Source: Octopus vulgaris (lineage: Eukaryota). From it: DNA of 64,000 nt. The stretch covers positions 129,580,001 to 129,644,000 of the forward strand of contig OX597815.1 in assembly GCA_951406725.2 (NCBI GenBank), given 5' to 3'. Within the stretch, counting starts at the first letter, position 1. Every line of letters starts with the position of its first letter. Under the pieces are notes generated by a model that was not told where the DNA came from, did no database searches, and was given only the letters and a program-made list of their open reading frames with translations. The position numbers were made by a program, and so were the translations under genes. Shown here piece after piece: positions 24,258 to 35,030 of the stretch.

Positions 24258-24624
24258 TTACCTCCACCTTAGCGAAGGCAGAGGCATTGTTTTCAGTCAG
24301 GTTTGTTTGTTTGTTTGTCCGTGAACAGGATATCTCAAGAACTGCTGGATGGATTCGGATGAAACCTTCAGAGATGTTTGACCTCGTAACTGGCACAAAC
24401 TGATTAGATTTTGGGATCGATCGGGTACCAGGCAAGAATTCTGGATTATTTTTCCAGTTTTGCTCAATGTTTTGAGAGTGGTCGGGTTCATTTTTAGTAT
24501 CCTCATTTGTGAGCACAGTTGAGTTTATTTCAGATATTCTCATTTTAAAAATCATCTCTAGCTTATCGTTGAGAGGACGTTGGTGGTCCCTTGGCGGAGA
24601 TTTGTGCTCTCTGAGTGCCCTTGT
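24258..24624 (+). mobile_element. Helentron/DINE-1-like non-autonomous element
   Basis: 5' tacctccacc...ggcagagg subterminal IR, (GTTT)n microsatellite, 3' ggcggag plus hairpin gtgctctctgagtgc; inserted in a (TAT)n run. Confidence 0.7.
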
Positions 24625-25215
24625 TATTATAATTATTATTAACATCATCAATGCAGCAAGCTGGCAGAATTGTTAGTGTCAGTAGAAATGCTCCTCATTT
24701 CTTCTAGCTCATTATGTTCTGAGTTCAAATTCTGCTAAGGTTGACTATGCCTTTCAACCTTTTGAGAGCACTGGGGTCAGTATAAGTGGTTTCCCTTTCC
24801 TCCCTAAAATTGCTGATCTTGGACCAAAATTCGAAACAGGTTATTATTATTATGACTATTATCAGAACAGCAAGCTGGCAAGAATCATTAGCATGCCAGA
24901 CAAAAATGTTTAGCAGCATTTCTTCTGGTCTTAAGTTCTGGGTTCAAATTTCACCAATGTTGTTGTTGCTGTTTGTCCTTTTGGGGTCAATAAGTACCAG
25001 TTGAGCATTGGGGTTGATGTAATCAACTATTCCCGCTTTTCCCTAAATTTCAGGCTTTGTGCCTATCATAAAAAGAACTACCATCATCATCAAAATATTA
25101 AAAGGAGAGCCATTAACCCATGGCTATCCTATCCTCAGAATAACAGGATAGTCATGGGACAAAATAATAAAAAGAACCAAAAACACAAAGAACATTGAAT
25201 AAACCAATCACTTAC

Positions 25216-25277
25216 ATTTAACCAATGATTCTGATTCTTTTAGTTGCCTTGAGAGTTTGCCTTGCTTTTCAAGACTC
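25216..25277 (-). CDS. CIP2A: CIP2A orthologue exon (SLEKQGKLSRQLKESESLVK)
   Basis: ttttacag acceptor, t|gtaagt donor. Phase 2 to 1 bridges the neighbouring exons exactly. Confidence 0.8.
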
Positions 25278-25426
25278 CTGTAAAATGTGACAGAAAGTAA
25301 AGATCAATGAAATAATTCAGTTTGCTGATGACACTATACATTATGTATAGTGTCATTATATATGTATACATTATATATATATATAAATAAAACTTACTTG
25401 GAAGAAGACGATGCGTACGTTCGATC

Positions 25427-25718
25427 ATATAATAACAATTTAATATATAAAATATATGCATACATACATACATCTATGTACATACCTACGTCTATATGTA
25501 TATATACATGCATATATGGGTACAGGACACCACAAATAAACGTAGAACACAATGAGAAACGTTTCTCGTTGTGTTCTACATTTATTTGTGGTGTCCTGTA
25601 CCCATATATGCATGTATATACATATAGATGTAGGTATATGCATGTATATATACATATAGATGTAGGTATGTACATATGTATGTATGCATATGTTTTATTT
25701 TCTAAATTGTTATTATAT
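25427..25718. repeat. Spacer-less imperfect palindrome centred at 25560/25561
   Basis: ...gtagaacacaatgagaaac|gtttctcgttgtgttctac...; the + and - ORF translations here mirror each other. Confidence 0.9.
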
Positions 25719-25726
25719 ATATATAT

Positions 25727-26477
25727 CATCATCATCATCATCATCGTTTAACGTCCGCTTTCCATGCTAGCATGTGTTGGACGGTTCAACTGGGGTCTGG
25801 GAAGCCCGAAGGCTGCACCAGGCCAGTCAGATGTGGCAGTGTTTCTACAGCTGGATGCCCTTCCTAACGCCAACCACTCCGAGAGTGTAGTGGGTGATTT
25901 TATGTGCCACCGACACAGGTGCCAGACGAGGCTGGCAAACGGCCACGCTCGGATGGTGTTTTTTATGTGCCACCGACACAGGTGCCAGACGAGGCTGGCA
26001 GACGGCCACGCTCGGATGGTGTTTTTTATGTGCCACCGACACAGGTGCCAGACGAGGCTGGCAGACGGCCACGCTCGGATGGTGTTTTATGTGCCACCGA
26101 CACAGGTGCCAGACGAGGCTGGCAGACGGCCACGCTCGGATGGTGTTTTTTATGTGCCACCAACACAGGTGCCAGACGAGGCTGGCAGACGGCCACGCTC
26201 GGATGGTGTTTTCTTATGTGTCACCGACACAGGTGCTAGACGAGGCTGGCGGACGGCCACGCTCGGATGGTGTTTGTTACGTGCCCTCAGCACGGAGGCC
26301 AGTCATTGCGGTACTGGCTACGGTCACGTTCGGATGGTTTTCTTATGTGTCACCGGCACTGGTACCACAAGGATACAAATTCCATTGATGTTCATCTATT
26401 TTGATTTGGTTCGATTTGATTTGATACGATTCGATTCTCACTTGCCTCAACAGGTCTTCACAAGTGTCAAGTACGGC

Positions 26478-26509
<32 letters not shown>

Positions 26510-26749
26510 CCACCCCACTACTACTTGTCACCTAGATAGCGGAAACTATCAACTACTTCTAGTTTTTCCCCCGGAAAGTGACAGTTGTTTTCTGCAGATT
26601 TTCGGAGGTCAGTGCTCCAGAGCACCTGCCACATACAAAACTATCTTCCCAGTTAGCCTACCTTTGACATTGCTGCACCTCTTATGTGTCCATAGCTTAC
26701 ATGTACATCTTATAGAGTTTCTACCTACACCTTTTCTACAGATCGAGCA

Positions 26750-26750
<1 letters not shown>
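25727..26750 (-). mobile_element. RTE LINE 3'UTR with expanded tandem array, plus an RT-insert fragment
   Basis: Same tail as 15971. CSICRKGVGRNSIRCTCKLWTHKRCS remnant at about 26600-26750. Confidence 0.85.
25900..26340. repeat. About 63-bp tandem array (about 6 near-identical units plus degenerate ones) in the RTE 3'UTR
   Basis: Unit tatgtgccaccgacacaggtgccagacgaggctggcagacggccacgctcggatggtgttttt repeats head to tail. Confidence 0.9.
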
Positions 26751-26820
<70 letters not shown>

Positions 26821-26834
26821 GATGAGGAATTCTG

Positions 26835-27125
26835 TACATTATTTACGTTAGACAGATATGTGACCTCATCTTTACTGTTACCACAATGTTTCGGCTGATT
26901 TACTCTCCAGGCTTCATCAGATGTCCTGGTGGAATTTTGAACTCAACTCGGAATAAATAATAACATCAGCAAAAAAATACCTTAGGAACGAGAACCCAGG
27001 GTTGGGTTCAAAATTCCACAAGGACACCTGATGAAGGCTGGAGAGAAAATCAGCCGAAATGTTGTGGCAACAACAAACAAGATGAGGACACACATCCATC
27101 CAATGTAAATTATGTAAATAATGTA
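26835..27125. repeat. Imperfect inverted repeat (about 115-bp arms, 50-bp spacer)
   Basis: tttcggctgatttactctccaggcttcatcag pairs with ctgatgaaggctggagagaaaatcagccgaaa. Confidence 0.85.
27025..27066 (+). ncRNA. Minimal hammerhead-like motif (inverted copy at 26882-26923)
   Basis: cac-CTGATGA-a-ggctg...cagcc-GAAA-tgtt-gtg. Confidence 0.5.
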
Positions 27126-27665
27126 TTATACATTATTATAAGGACCAATGTGTAACTTACTGTATTTTTCGGTATACAAGCTCAATTTTCCAAATCAGAC
27201 TTTACAGCCAAAAAAAGGAAGATCAACTTGAATACCAAGATGACTTTGGAGGACCAAAGATTCAATGTCAAATACAACAGAATTTGGGAAGGGTGATGTT
27301 TGAATGTTGACACAAAGTGTTTACACTACATACAATATCAACCAGAAATACGGTATCTATCACTTGTCAAATGGAGTATGTTACTCATTACACTACAGAC
27401 TGCAGTAAAATGAATTAATATTGTTCATTAGTCAACAACAAATGTTTCTTCTATTTATTATTTGTTCATTCATTTTTACATGTTTGTTTTCCTTTTTCTC
27501 TCCCCATGCAAGCATGTGTTGGATGAATGCATATTAGGGCACTGCTTTACAGTTAGATACTCTTCATGTTGCTTATTTGTTTTTCAAGTAAGGGTTGGTG
27601 GCAAGATGGGCATCCAGCTTTAAACTTCTACTTCAATAAGTCTCCGTGCAACACATGTCACCATG

Positions 27666-28375
27666 GTGTAGGAGTGGCTGTGTGGTAAGTAGCTTGGTTA
27701 CCAATCACATGGTTCGGGGTTTAGTCCCACTGTGTGGCACCTTGGGCAAGTGTCTTCTACTATACCCTCGGGCCGACCAAAGCCTTGTGTGTGGATTTGG
27801 TAGGCGGAAGCTGAAAGAAGCCCGTCGTATATATATGTATATATATATGTGGAGGCGCAATGGCCTAGTGGTTAGGGCAGCGGAGTCGTGGTCGTAGGAT
27901 CGTGGTTTCGATTCTCAGATCGGGCGTTGTGAGTGTTTATTGAGCGAAAACACCTAAAAGCTCCACGAGGCTCCGGCAGGGGGTGGTGATCCCTGCTGTA
28001 CTCTTTCACCACTCTTTTTCTCTCTCTTTCTTCTGTTGGCCTGCTCGCTTAGCCAGTGGGGTGGCATCATTCGAAGGCTAAAACAATGCGAACGCATTGT
28101 GACCAGCGATGTGTAAAACATCTGATGGTCTGGTCAGTCATGTGATATATATGTATGTATGTGCGTATATGTTTGTGTATCTGTGTTTGTCCCCCCAACA
28201 TCACCTGACAACCAAAGCTGGTGTGTTTACATCCCTGTAACTTAGCGGTTCAGCAAAAGAGATCAATAAAATAAGTACTAGGCTTAAAAACAATAAGTCC
28301 TGGGGTCTATTTGCTCAACTAAAGGCAGTGCTCCAGCACGGCCAGAGTCAAATGACTGAAACAAGTAAAAGAGTA
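27666..28375 (+). mobile_element. tRNA-derived SINE (family A) containing a nested second SINE at about 27850-28145
   Basis: Outer head ggagtggctgtgtggtaag...gtcccactg. Inner head tggcctagtggttagg...ggtttcgattc (A/B boxes) sits in the internal (TA)n. Confidence 0.85.
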
Positions 28376-29110
28376 TGGAAAAACAGATGTAAGACAAACA
28401 AACATATCTTGTCACACTTCACTGTGTCTGTGGTGAGACTTAACTCCAGGTAGCTAGTATAGATTGATGTATTACAACAGTAATTTGGAAGAGATGAGTA
28501 TTTCAGTGGCTTGTCAAGTTGAATTTATATCATCTGCTCTGCTGATAGACCAGGGTCCTACCCTGGAGGAAATTTACATGTCATCTGCTTAATGCCATGG
28601 AAACTAGACATAAGAACAAATTTTATGGATTGTTGTGATTCAGTGAAAGGCTGACATCTATTTCTGTTCCTCTACTCATACTCTAACCTCTCATTTCACA
28701 TAAAACTACCCTCCTACATACTACTCCCTCCCGCTCAGTTAAAGAGTCTCATTTTGTAAATCAGTTGGTGACCTCATTGCTACTGATACTACATAAAAAG
28801 TACCCAGCACACTCTGTAACGTGGCTGACATTAGGAAGGGCATCCAGCCATAGAAACCATGTCAAGGCTAACAGTAGAGCTTTGCACAGTCTTCAGACTT
28901 GCCAGTTCCTGTCAAACTGTTCAGCCATTGCCATCATGGAAAAGAGACTTTAAACAAAGATGATTATATATATCGTTCATCGTTTAGCGTCCACTTTCCA
29001 TGCTATCATCATCAATTAATGTCCGTTGTCCATGCTAGTATGGGTTGGACGGTTTGACTAGAGCTGGCAAGTTGGGGAGCTGCACCAAACTCCAGTCTGC
29101 CTTGGCATGG

Positions 29111-29291
29111 TTTCTAATTGATGCTTCCATAGATAAGCACCCACTGCCTTCAAGGATATAGGAATGATATTTAGAGAAAGTGAAAAACAAGAAAAAGAGG
29201 AAGGTGTGGTGATTGAGATGAACAATGTTAATTTTATCTGGACCCTCTGGCAGAGCATGTAGCTAAAGATGAACTGCGAGATATGCTTACA
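29111..29291 (+). repeat. Exact 181-bp direct duplicate of 30246-30426
   Basis: Base-by-base reading found no differences. Confidence 0.9.
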
Positions 29292-30984
29292 TATGGTGCC
29301 CTTCCTAAAACCAACCACGTTACAGAGTGTGCTGGGTGTTTTTACATAGCACTGCACAGGTGCTTCACATACCAGCATACGGGTGCTTTTATATGGCACC
29401 ACCACAAGTGCTTATCTATCTATATATATAAATATATACTGTATTTGATTGGCACAAAAGACACTAAATTTTTGTGCATTCAGATTACTCTGTTTAATTT
29501 AATACTTATTTGTTGACATTGTAGCTTTGAGATTTTGCTGATGTGAATGCATATTTTTAGAATGACATTGTAGAGTAGGTGTGAGAGGCCAGAACTGGAC
29601 AGTTGGAACATAAAACAAGTAGAATACTTGAGCTGGATATGGCTGGTTTAAATGCAAGAGGTTTAAACCAAGTAATAACTTATAGGAAGCTCAACTCAGC
29701 ATGTAGGATGAGGGGTGGTTTTTTTGAGCCAATATTTTTTGGAAGAAAAGTGTTTCTTATTTTCCATGCATGCAAGGCTGTTTATCATCATCATCATCAT
29801 CATCATTTAACGTCTGTTGTCCATGCTGGCATGGGTTGGATGATTTGACTGGGCTGGACCGCTGTGCTAGGATCCAGTCTGATTCGGCATGGTTTTCTAC
29901 AGCTAGATACCCAGCTAAGAAATTTACTTTTGTAGTTTTGTGTTCAGCCCCTCTCCATGGGACCTGGTGCAAGTGTCTTCTACTACAACAATGGACTGAT
30001 CAATAGCATGTGAGTGAATCTGGTACAGAGACATTGTAATGAAACCCACTGCATACATATGTGTATGCATGTACACACACCTTTGTTTGTCTTATTGTTT
30101 GACAACCAGCAAAAAGAGTGTAAGACAGACTTAAGATACTGGACTGACACCTTTCAAGGTGGTGCCCCAGATAAGATAGGTAATGGTTTAGTTTATATTT
30201 CTGCGAAGGAAGACAAACATCTACTTTGTAGCTAGAAATCTTAGATTTCTAATTGATGCTTCCATAGATAAGCACCCACTGCCTTCAAGGATATAGGAAT
30301 GATATTTAGAGAAAGTGAAAAACAAGAAAAAGAGGAAGGTGTGGTGATTGAGATGAACAATGTTAATTTTATCTGGACCCTCTGGCAGAGCATGTAGCTA
30401 AAGATGAACTGCGAGATATGCTTACAAAGTTATCAGTTACCTTCACTCGATTACTGTCCTTATCCTCAACAATCATAACAAATTGTAAACACTTATCAAA
30501 AATATTAAGTTACCGGAACAAGAAAGAAAGAAAAAGGAAAGGAAAGGAAGGGGGTAATGGCTAGTTATTTTATCAGTATTGATTGTGGAAAAACAAAAAC
30601 ACACACGCAAAAAAAAAATGGATAAATTGAGTGGCCCAGGGCCTTGTTTTTTGGCAAGTTTTCTTTTTCTATTTTTGCATAAATATATTCAAAAAAAAAA
30701 TTTAGAGCAAAACATAAAATGTGTATTTTTAAGTTTCTAAACTTGTGTGTGTACACGCACACATACAAATACATATATACATATACACACTCATATATAT
30801 ACATATATTGGAAAATGTGTGAAATTCTTGGTACAGTTAGGTATATTTGAAAAAAGCAAAAGAATGACTTCACTGATAGTTCTAACCAATTTAATTCTTT
30901 GATAATATAGCTTCTCAGTTTGGTTTGCAGTTTGGATGTTAATATATAAGATTGTTACGTCAAAGCTGACTAAGATTGTGTCTT

Positions 30985-31295
30985 GGTGTACTTTCTGGGA
31001 GATTTAGTTCAGGAATTCCATATCATCTCTGGTGTAGCTTGGTACTTTTTTACATAGGGGTTTCAGAGTGATGTCTAATAAGTTGCTTAAATGTTGTGTG
31101 CTTGAGGACTGACCATCATATGTTGAAGTACCAAAACCGATAGATTTGAAATTATGCCCAACTGTTGCTGGTCCAGCCTCAAGCACACAACGTCTATGCA
31201 ACTTATTAGACATCATTCTGAAACCCCTATCTAAAAAAGTGCCAGGCTACACCAGAGATGACATGGAATTCCTACACAGCCTCAAGAATTTCCAA
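30985..31295. mobile_element. Penelope-like RT fragment present in both orientations
   Basis: + strand PKPIDLKLCPTVAGPASSTQRLCNLLDIILKPLSKKVPGYTRDDMEFL; - strand STQHLSNLLDITLKPLCKKVPSYTRDDMEFL. This fits the Penelope RT RPIV..T..LS..L..IL.PL motif. Confidence 0.8.
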
Positions 31296-32220
31296 ATTTC
31301 TGGCATAGTGAATTGTGTCATTTTTCTCAACTGACCCTACTATACTGTGTAATCAACAAAATCAAAAACAAATAATGCGCATGTGCGAAATTAAAAATAT
31401 AAAATGGAGACAATTTATCCATCGCACCCTGTATATATAGTCAATTCAACAAACGAATTAAAAATGAAGAGAGAGAATACAAAAAGAGAAAAAAAAAATC
31501 AAACGTGAGGATGAGCACAAGAATTATATTAGTTTGACACTCAGTGAAAGGAGAGAGTTTTGAACATTTTGAGCATGGCTCTTCATAAGAAAGGAGAAAG
31601 GGAAAAGTCCAAAGAAGAAGGAAAATTACCAACACTTCATGTGTGGTTACATTTCTGAATATATGTTTTTTGTTTGTTTTTTGTTTTTCCAGTTTCAGCT
31701 CTTGAGCTGTGGCCATGCTACTCTTTACTCTTTTACTTGTTTCAGTCATTTGACTGTGGTCATGCTGGAGTACAGCCTTTAGTCGAGCAAATCAACCCCA
31801 GGACTTATTCTTTGTAAGCCTAGTACTTATTTTATCGGTCTCTTTTGCCGAACCGCTAAGTTACGGGGATGTAAAGACACCAGCATCAGTAGTCAAGTGA
31901 TGTGGGGGGGGGGGGGCACAAACACAGACACACAAACATATACACACACATACATATATACATATATACGACGGGCTTCTTTGAGTTTCCATCTACCAAA
32001 TCCACTCACAAGGCTTTGGTCAGCCTGAGGCTATAGTAGAAGACACTTGCACAAGGTGCCATGCAGCAGGACTGAACCCGGAACCATGTGGTTGGTAAGC
32101 AAGCTACGTACCACACAGCCACTCCTGCACCTAGTGTAAATACAATAAATATTGAAAATTTTAATTCAGGGAGAACAAAGTTTAACAAATAAGGAATTAG
32201 CTTTAATAGGACAAGAAAGT

Positions 32221-32257
32221 GTCTTAACGTTTCAGGCATTAGTCCTTCATCAGAAAA
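32221..32257 (-). ncRNA. Minimal hammerhead-like motif
   Basis: CTGATGA-agg-actaatg-cct-GAAA-cgt-TA-agac; stem I is weak. Confidence 0.45.
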
Positions 32258-34358
32258 AAAAGAGAAGCAAATAGTGACCGAGAAAGAGAAATAGCCAATG
32301 AAGTGTGGCCAGTAGCGTAACTGGGGGAGGGGGCAAGGAGAGCATATGCGCTGGGTGCCGATTGAAGGGGGGAGGCACCTCATCAAAAGCAAGAAAGATG
32401 AGACTTTAGACAATTGTATTTTTTTTATTACATTTATTTCACACATTAGGTTTTTTAGATGTTTCAGTCGGAGAAACTGGTGCATTAAATGGTTAAAATA
32501 AGGTTTCGTAAAAGTAAACATTCATGTGTATGTATATAGGTATATGTGAGGATATGTATGCATGTGTGTATAGGTGTAGGGATGTATGATTTACCCTCAA
32601 TGATATAAATGTGGAGTGAGTCAGACTGTCTGCAAGCTGCCCTAGCCTTGAGGTGATTGTGATGACAGACTTCTGGTGGGGTTGTCTTCCAACCATAGAT
32701 TATACGAACTATGGCTGAAATTGACCATATGGGAAGGTGGGCCAATATCGCTTGTGTGAGTATATGTACAAGCAGGTGTATGTGCGGATGTGTGTAAACG
32801 CATCCTGATCTAAGCTAGCTAGCTAAACAGCCTTTTGCACCATAGACCTTCTAGCCTGCATATATTTTACCCTTCCTTTTTCTAGTACCATTCCTTTGTC
32901 TTGAACCCAATGAAGCTCAATCCATCCCTGTCCATCCATTCATTTCACCTACGAAAAATTCTTTTTTTTTTTTAATCAACAGTTATTTGTCTATATTTAT
33001 AAATGTTTGCAATTCTTATTATGGAAAGATAATAGTAATTGAAAATTGTAGCAATCTTTCATCCCCTAACCAGATGGGCATATAACAACATGACAACCTC
33101 AACTCAGGATCTTTAGTGAGACACAGCTAAATCTATGTGCATTTTAACTGCATCGACTGAATACTTTTGGATATGCAGCCTGGTTTCATTGTTGGTGCAG
33201 TTTCATCAGGGTCCTTGATCGCTGCCATTTCAAAGTGAAACTGAAGGAATCAGCAAACTGAATGAATAAAGTGTTTTTTAGGCAGTATAGGTACTACTAT
33301 TAATAGTTGTAGGAATCTTGATGTAGGGTTCACCTCTACTAAATGTGTACCAAGCAAGAATAATTACTAGAGCCTAGCAACTTATTGCTAACTAGGGTAT
33401 CACAAAAGGACTGTTGTGGTTAGCCAGCATCTGAAGCCAATTTAAGAGGAAACACGGTAACTGCCAGGCTAATATATCCCTTTAAACTCATTTTTGGATA
33501 TATAATTCGAGCATGAGCATTACCAGCGTCGCCTCACTGGCACTTATGCCGGTGGCACGTGAAAAAACATTCGAGCGAGGTTGTTGCCAATGCCGCTGGA
33601 CTGGCTCCTGTGCAGGTGGCACATAAAAAACACCATATGAGCATGGCCATTGCCAGTACCACCTGACTGGCCCTCGTGCCAGTGGCAGGTAAAAGCACCC
33701 ACTATACTTTCGGAGTGGTTGGCGTTAGGAAGGGTATCCAGCTGTAGAAACTCTGCCAGATCAAGATTGAAGCCTGGCGCAGCCATCTGGTTCACCAGAC
33801 CTCAGTCAAATCGTCCAACCCATGGAAAGCAGACGTTAAACGATGATGATGATGATGATGATGATGATGATATACATATTTATATCATCATCATCATCCT
33901 TATCTTGATTTAACATCCATTTTTCATGCTGGCATGATTTGGTAAGGCCAGGGGCCACCCCAAGCTCTATAGTCTGTTTTGCCTAGGTTTCTACAGCTGG
34001 ATGCCTTTCCTAATGCCAACCATTTTACAGAGTGTACTGTGTACCTTTTATGTGGCACAAGCACCATCACCAATGTTTTTTATATGGCCCCCTTGGTTTG
34101 ATAAAGTAAGATAGCTGAGTAGTTAAAGAATTATGAATTTATGTCTAGTTTGACACCAAATCAGAGTGTGCCTGTTGCCTAGGCAATGTATGTTTTGATT
34201 ACAGGTTGTATATAATAACTGAATTCAACAGCCTATTCCACATTAAATTCATCACACACATGACATCTACTACAACATAGTTTCACATACACACACACAT
34301 GCATACATACATACATTCACATACAAACATGTATTGTTTTATACAAGGTTATACTTAC

Positions 34359-34472
34359 ACTTCATTCTGTTGCTTCAGTGTTTCATGATGTTTACGTAAA
34401 ATTTCATGCATCTCTGTCAATGAAGTATGTTCCTGTCTCAAAGTATTGAGCATATGTTCAGCATTCTCTAAC
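34359..34472 (-). CDS. CIP2A: CIP2A orthologue exon (LENAEHMLNTLRQEHTSLTEMHEILRKHHETLKQQNEV)
   Basis: caatag acceptor, gt|gtaagt donor, phase 2 to 2, coiled coil. Confidence 0.88.
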
Positions 34473-34810
34473 CTATTGCAAAGAAACAGATAACAAATGA
34501 TAAGGCAGATGAAAAAAAAACAAAATAAAACAAAAAACAGCATACAGTTTTTACCCTTTTGATACCAAGTCACCTGACATCAACCCTGCTTAAAGTGGTT
34601 CAAATTAAAACCTTCCTTCAAAGTTAATAAATAAATGCATCTATTAAATGCCTCATCCATAGAAAAAGCTAAAATACAGTTTAACCCTTTTGGTGCTAAC
34701 CTACCAGAAACTACACTTGGCTCTGTGACACAAATTCCTTGTTTTAAAATGGTATAAATTAAAACCTTTCTTCAAAATCTCATGTAAATTTATGTTCAAG
34801 CACCTGTTAA

Positions 34811-35030
34811 CCCTTTCGTTACTGTATTTATTTTGAGATGCTCTGTGTTTCTTTCAATTACTTTAAATATAACAAAGAATTTAGTAAAATAACTTAGTTA
34901 TCATTCAGCTAGTGTTACGAACATAAATTGTGACTAAGGTTTGGTGGAAGATTTTAATTCAGAACTCTTGAAAACAAGACATTTGTACTCAGAGCCAGAG
35001 CTGGTTTCAACCGGGTTGGTAACAAAAGGG
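34811..35030. mobile_element. piggyBac-type MITE with TTAA TSD, nested in an older TTAA element (about 34685-35118)
   Basis: ttaa|CCCTTTCGTTAC...GTAACAAAAGGG|ttaa. Related copies at about 10843-11058 and 61268-61472. Confidence 0.85.

Noticed and set aside
23932-24651. 239-aa ORF
   Set aside because: A chimeric read-through of a Helentron-like element and SINE copies.
25900-26340. CRISPR-like array
   Set aside because: The units are contiguous with no unique spacers, sit in an RTE 3'UTR, and the DNA is eukaryotic with no cas genes.
25764-26825. 353-aa ORF, the longest in the track
   Set aside because: It reads through the tandem array, antisense LINE sequence and (TA)/(GA) microsatellites, and is not a protein.
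27850-27930. tRNA gene
   Set aside because: A and B boxes are present but continue into a SINE body; this is a tRNA-derived SINE head without a complete cloverleaf.
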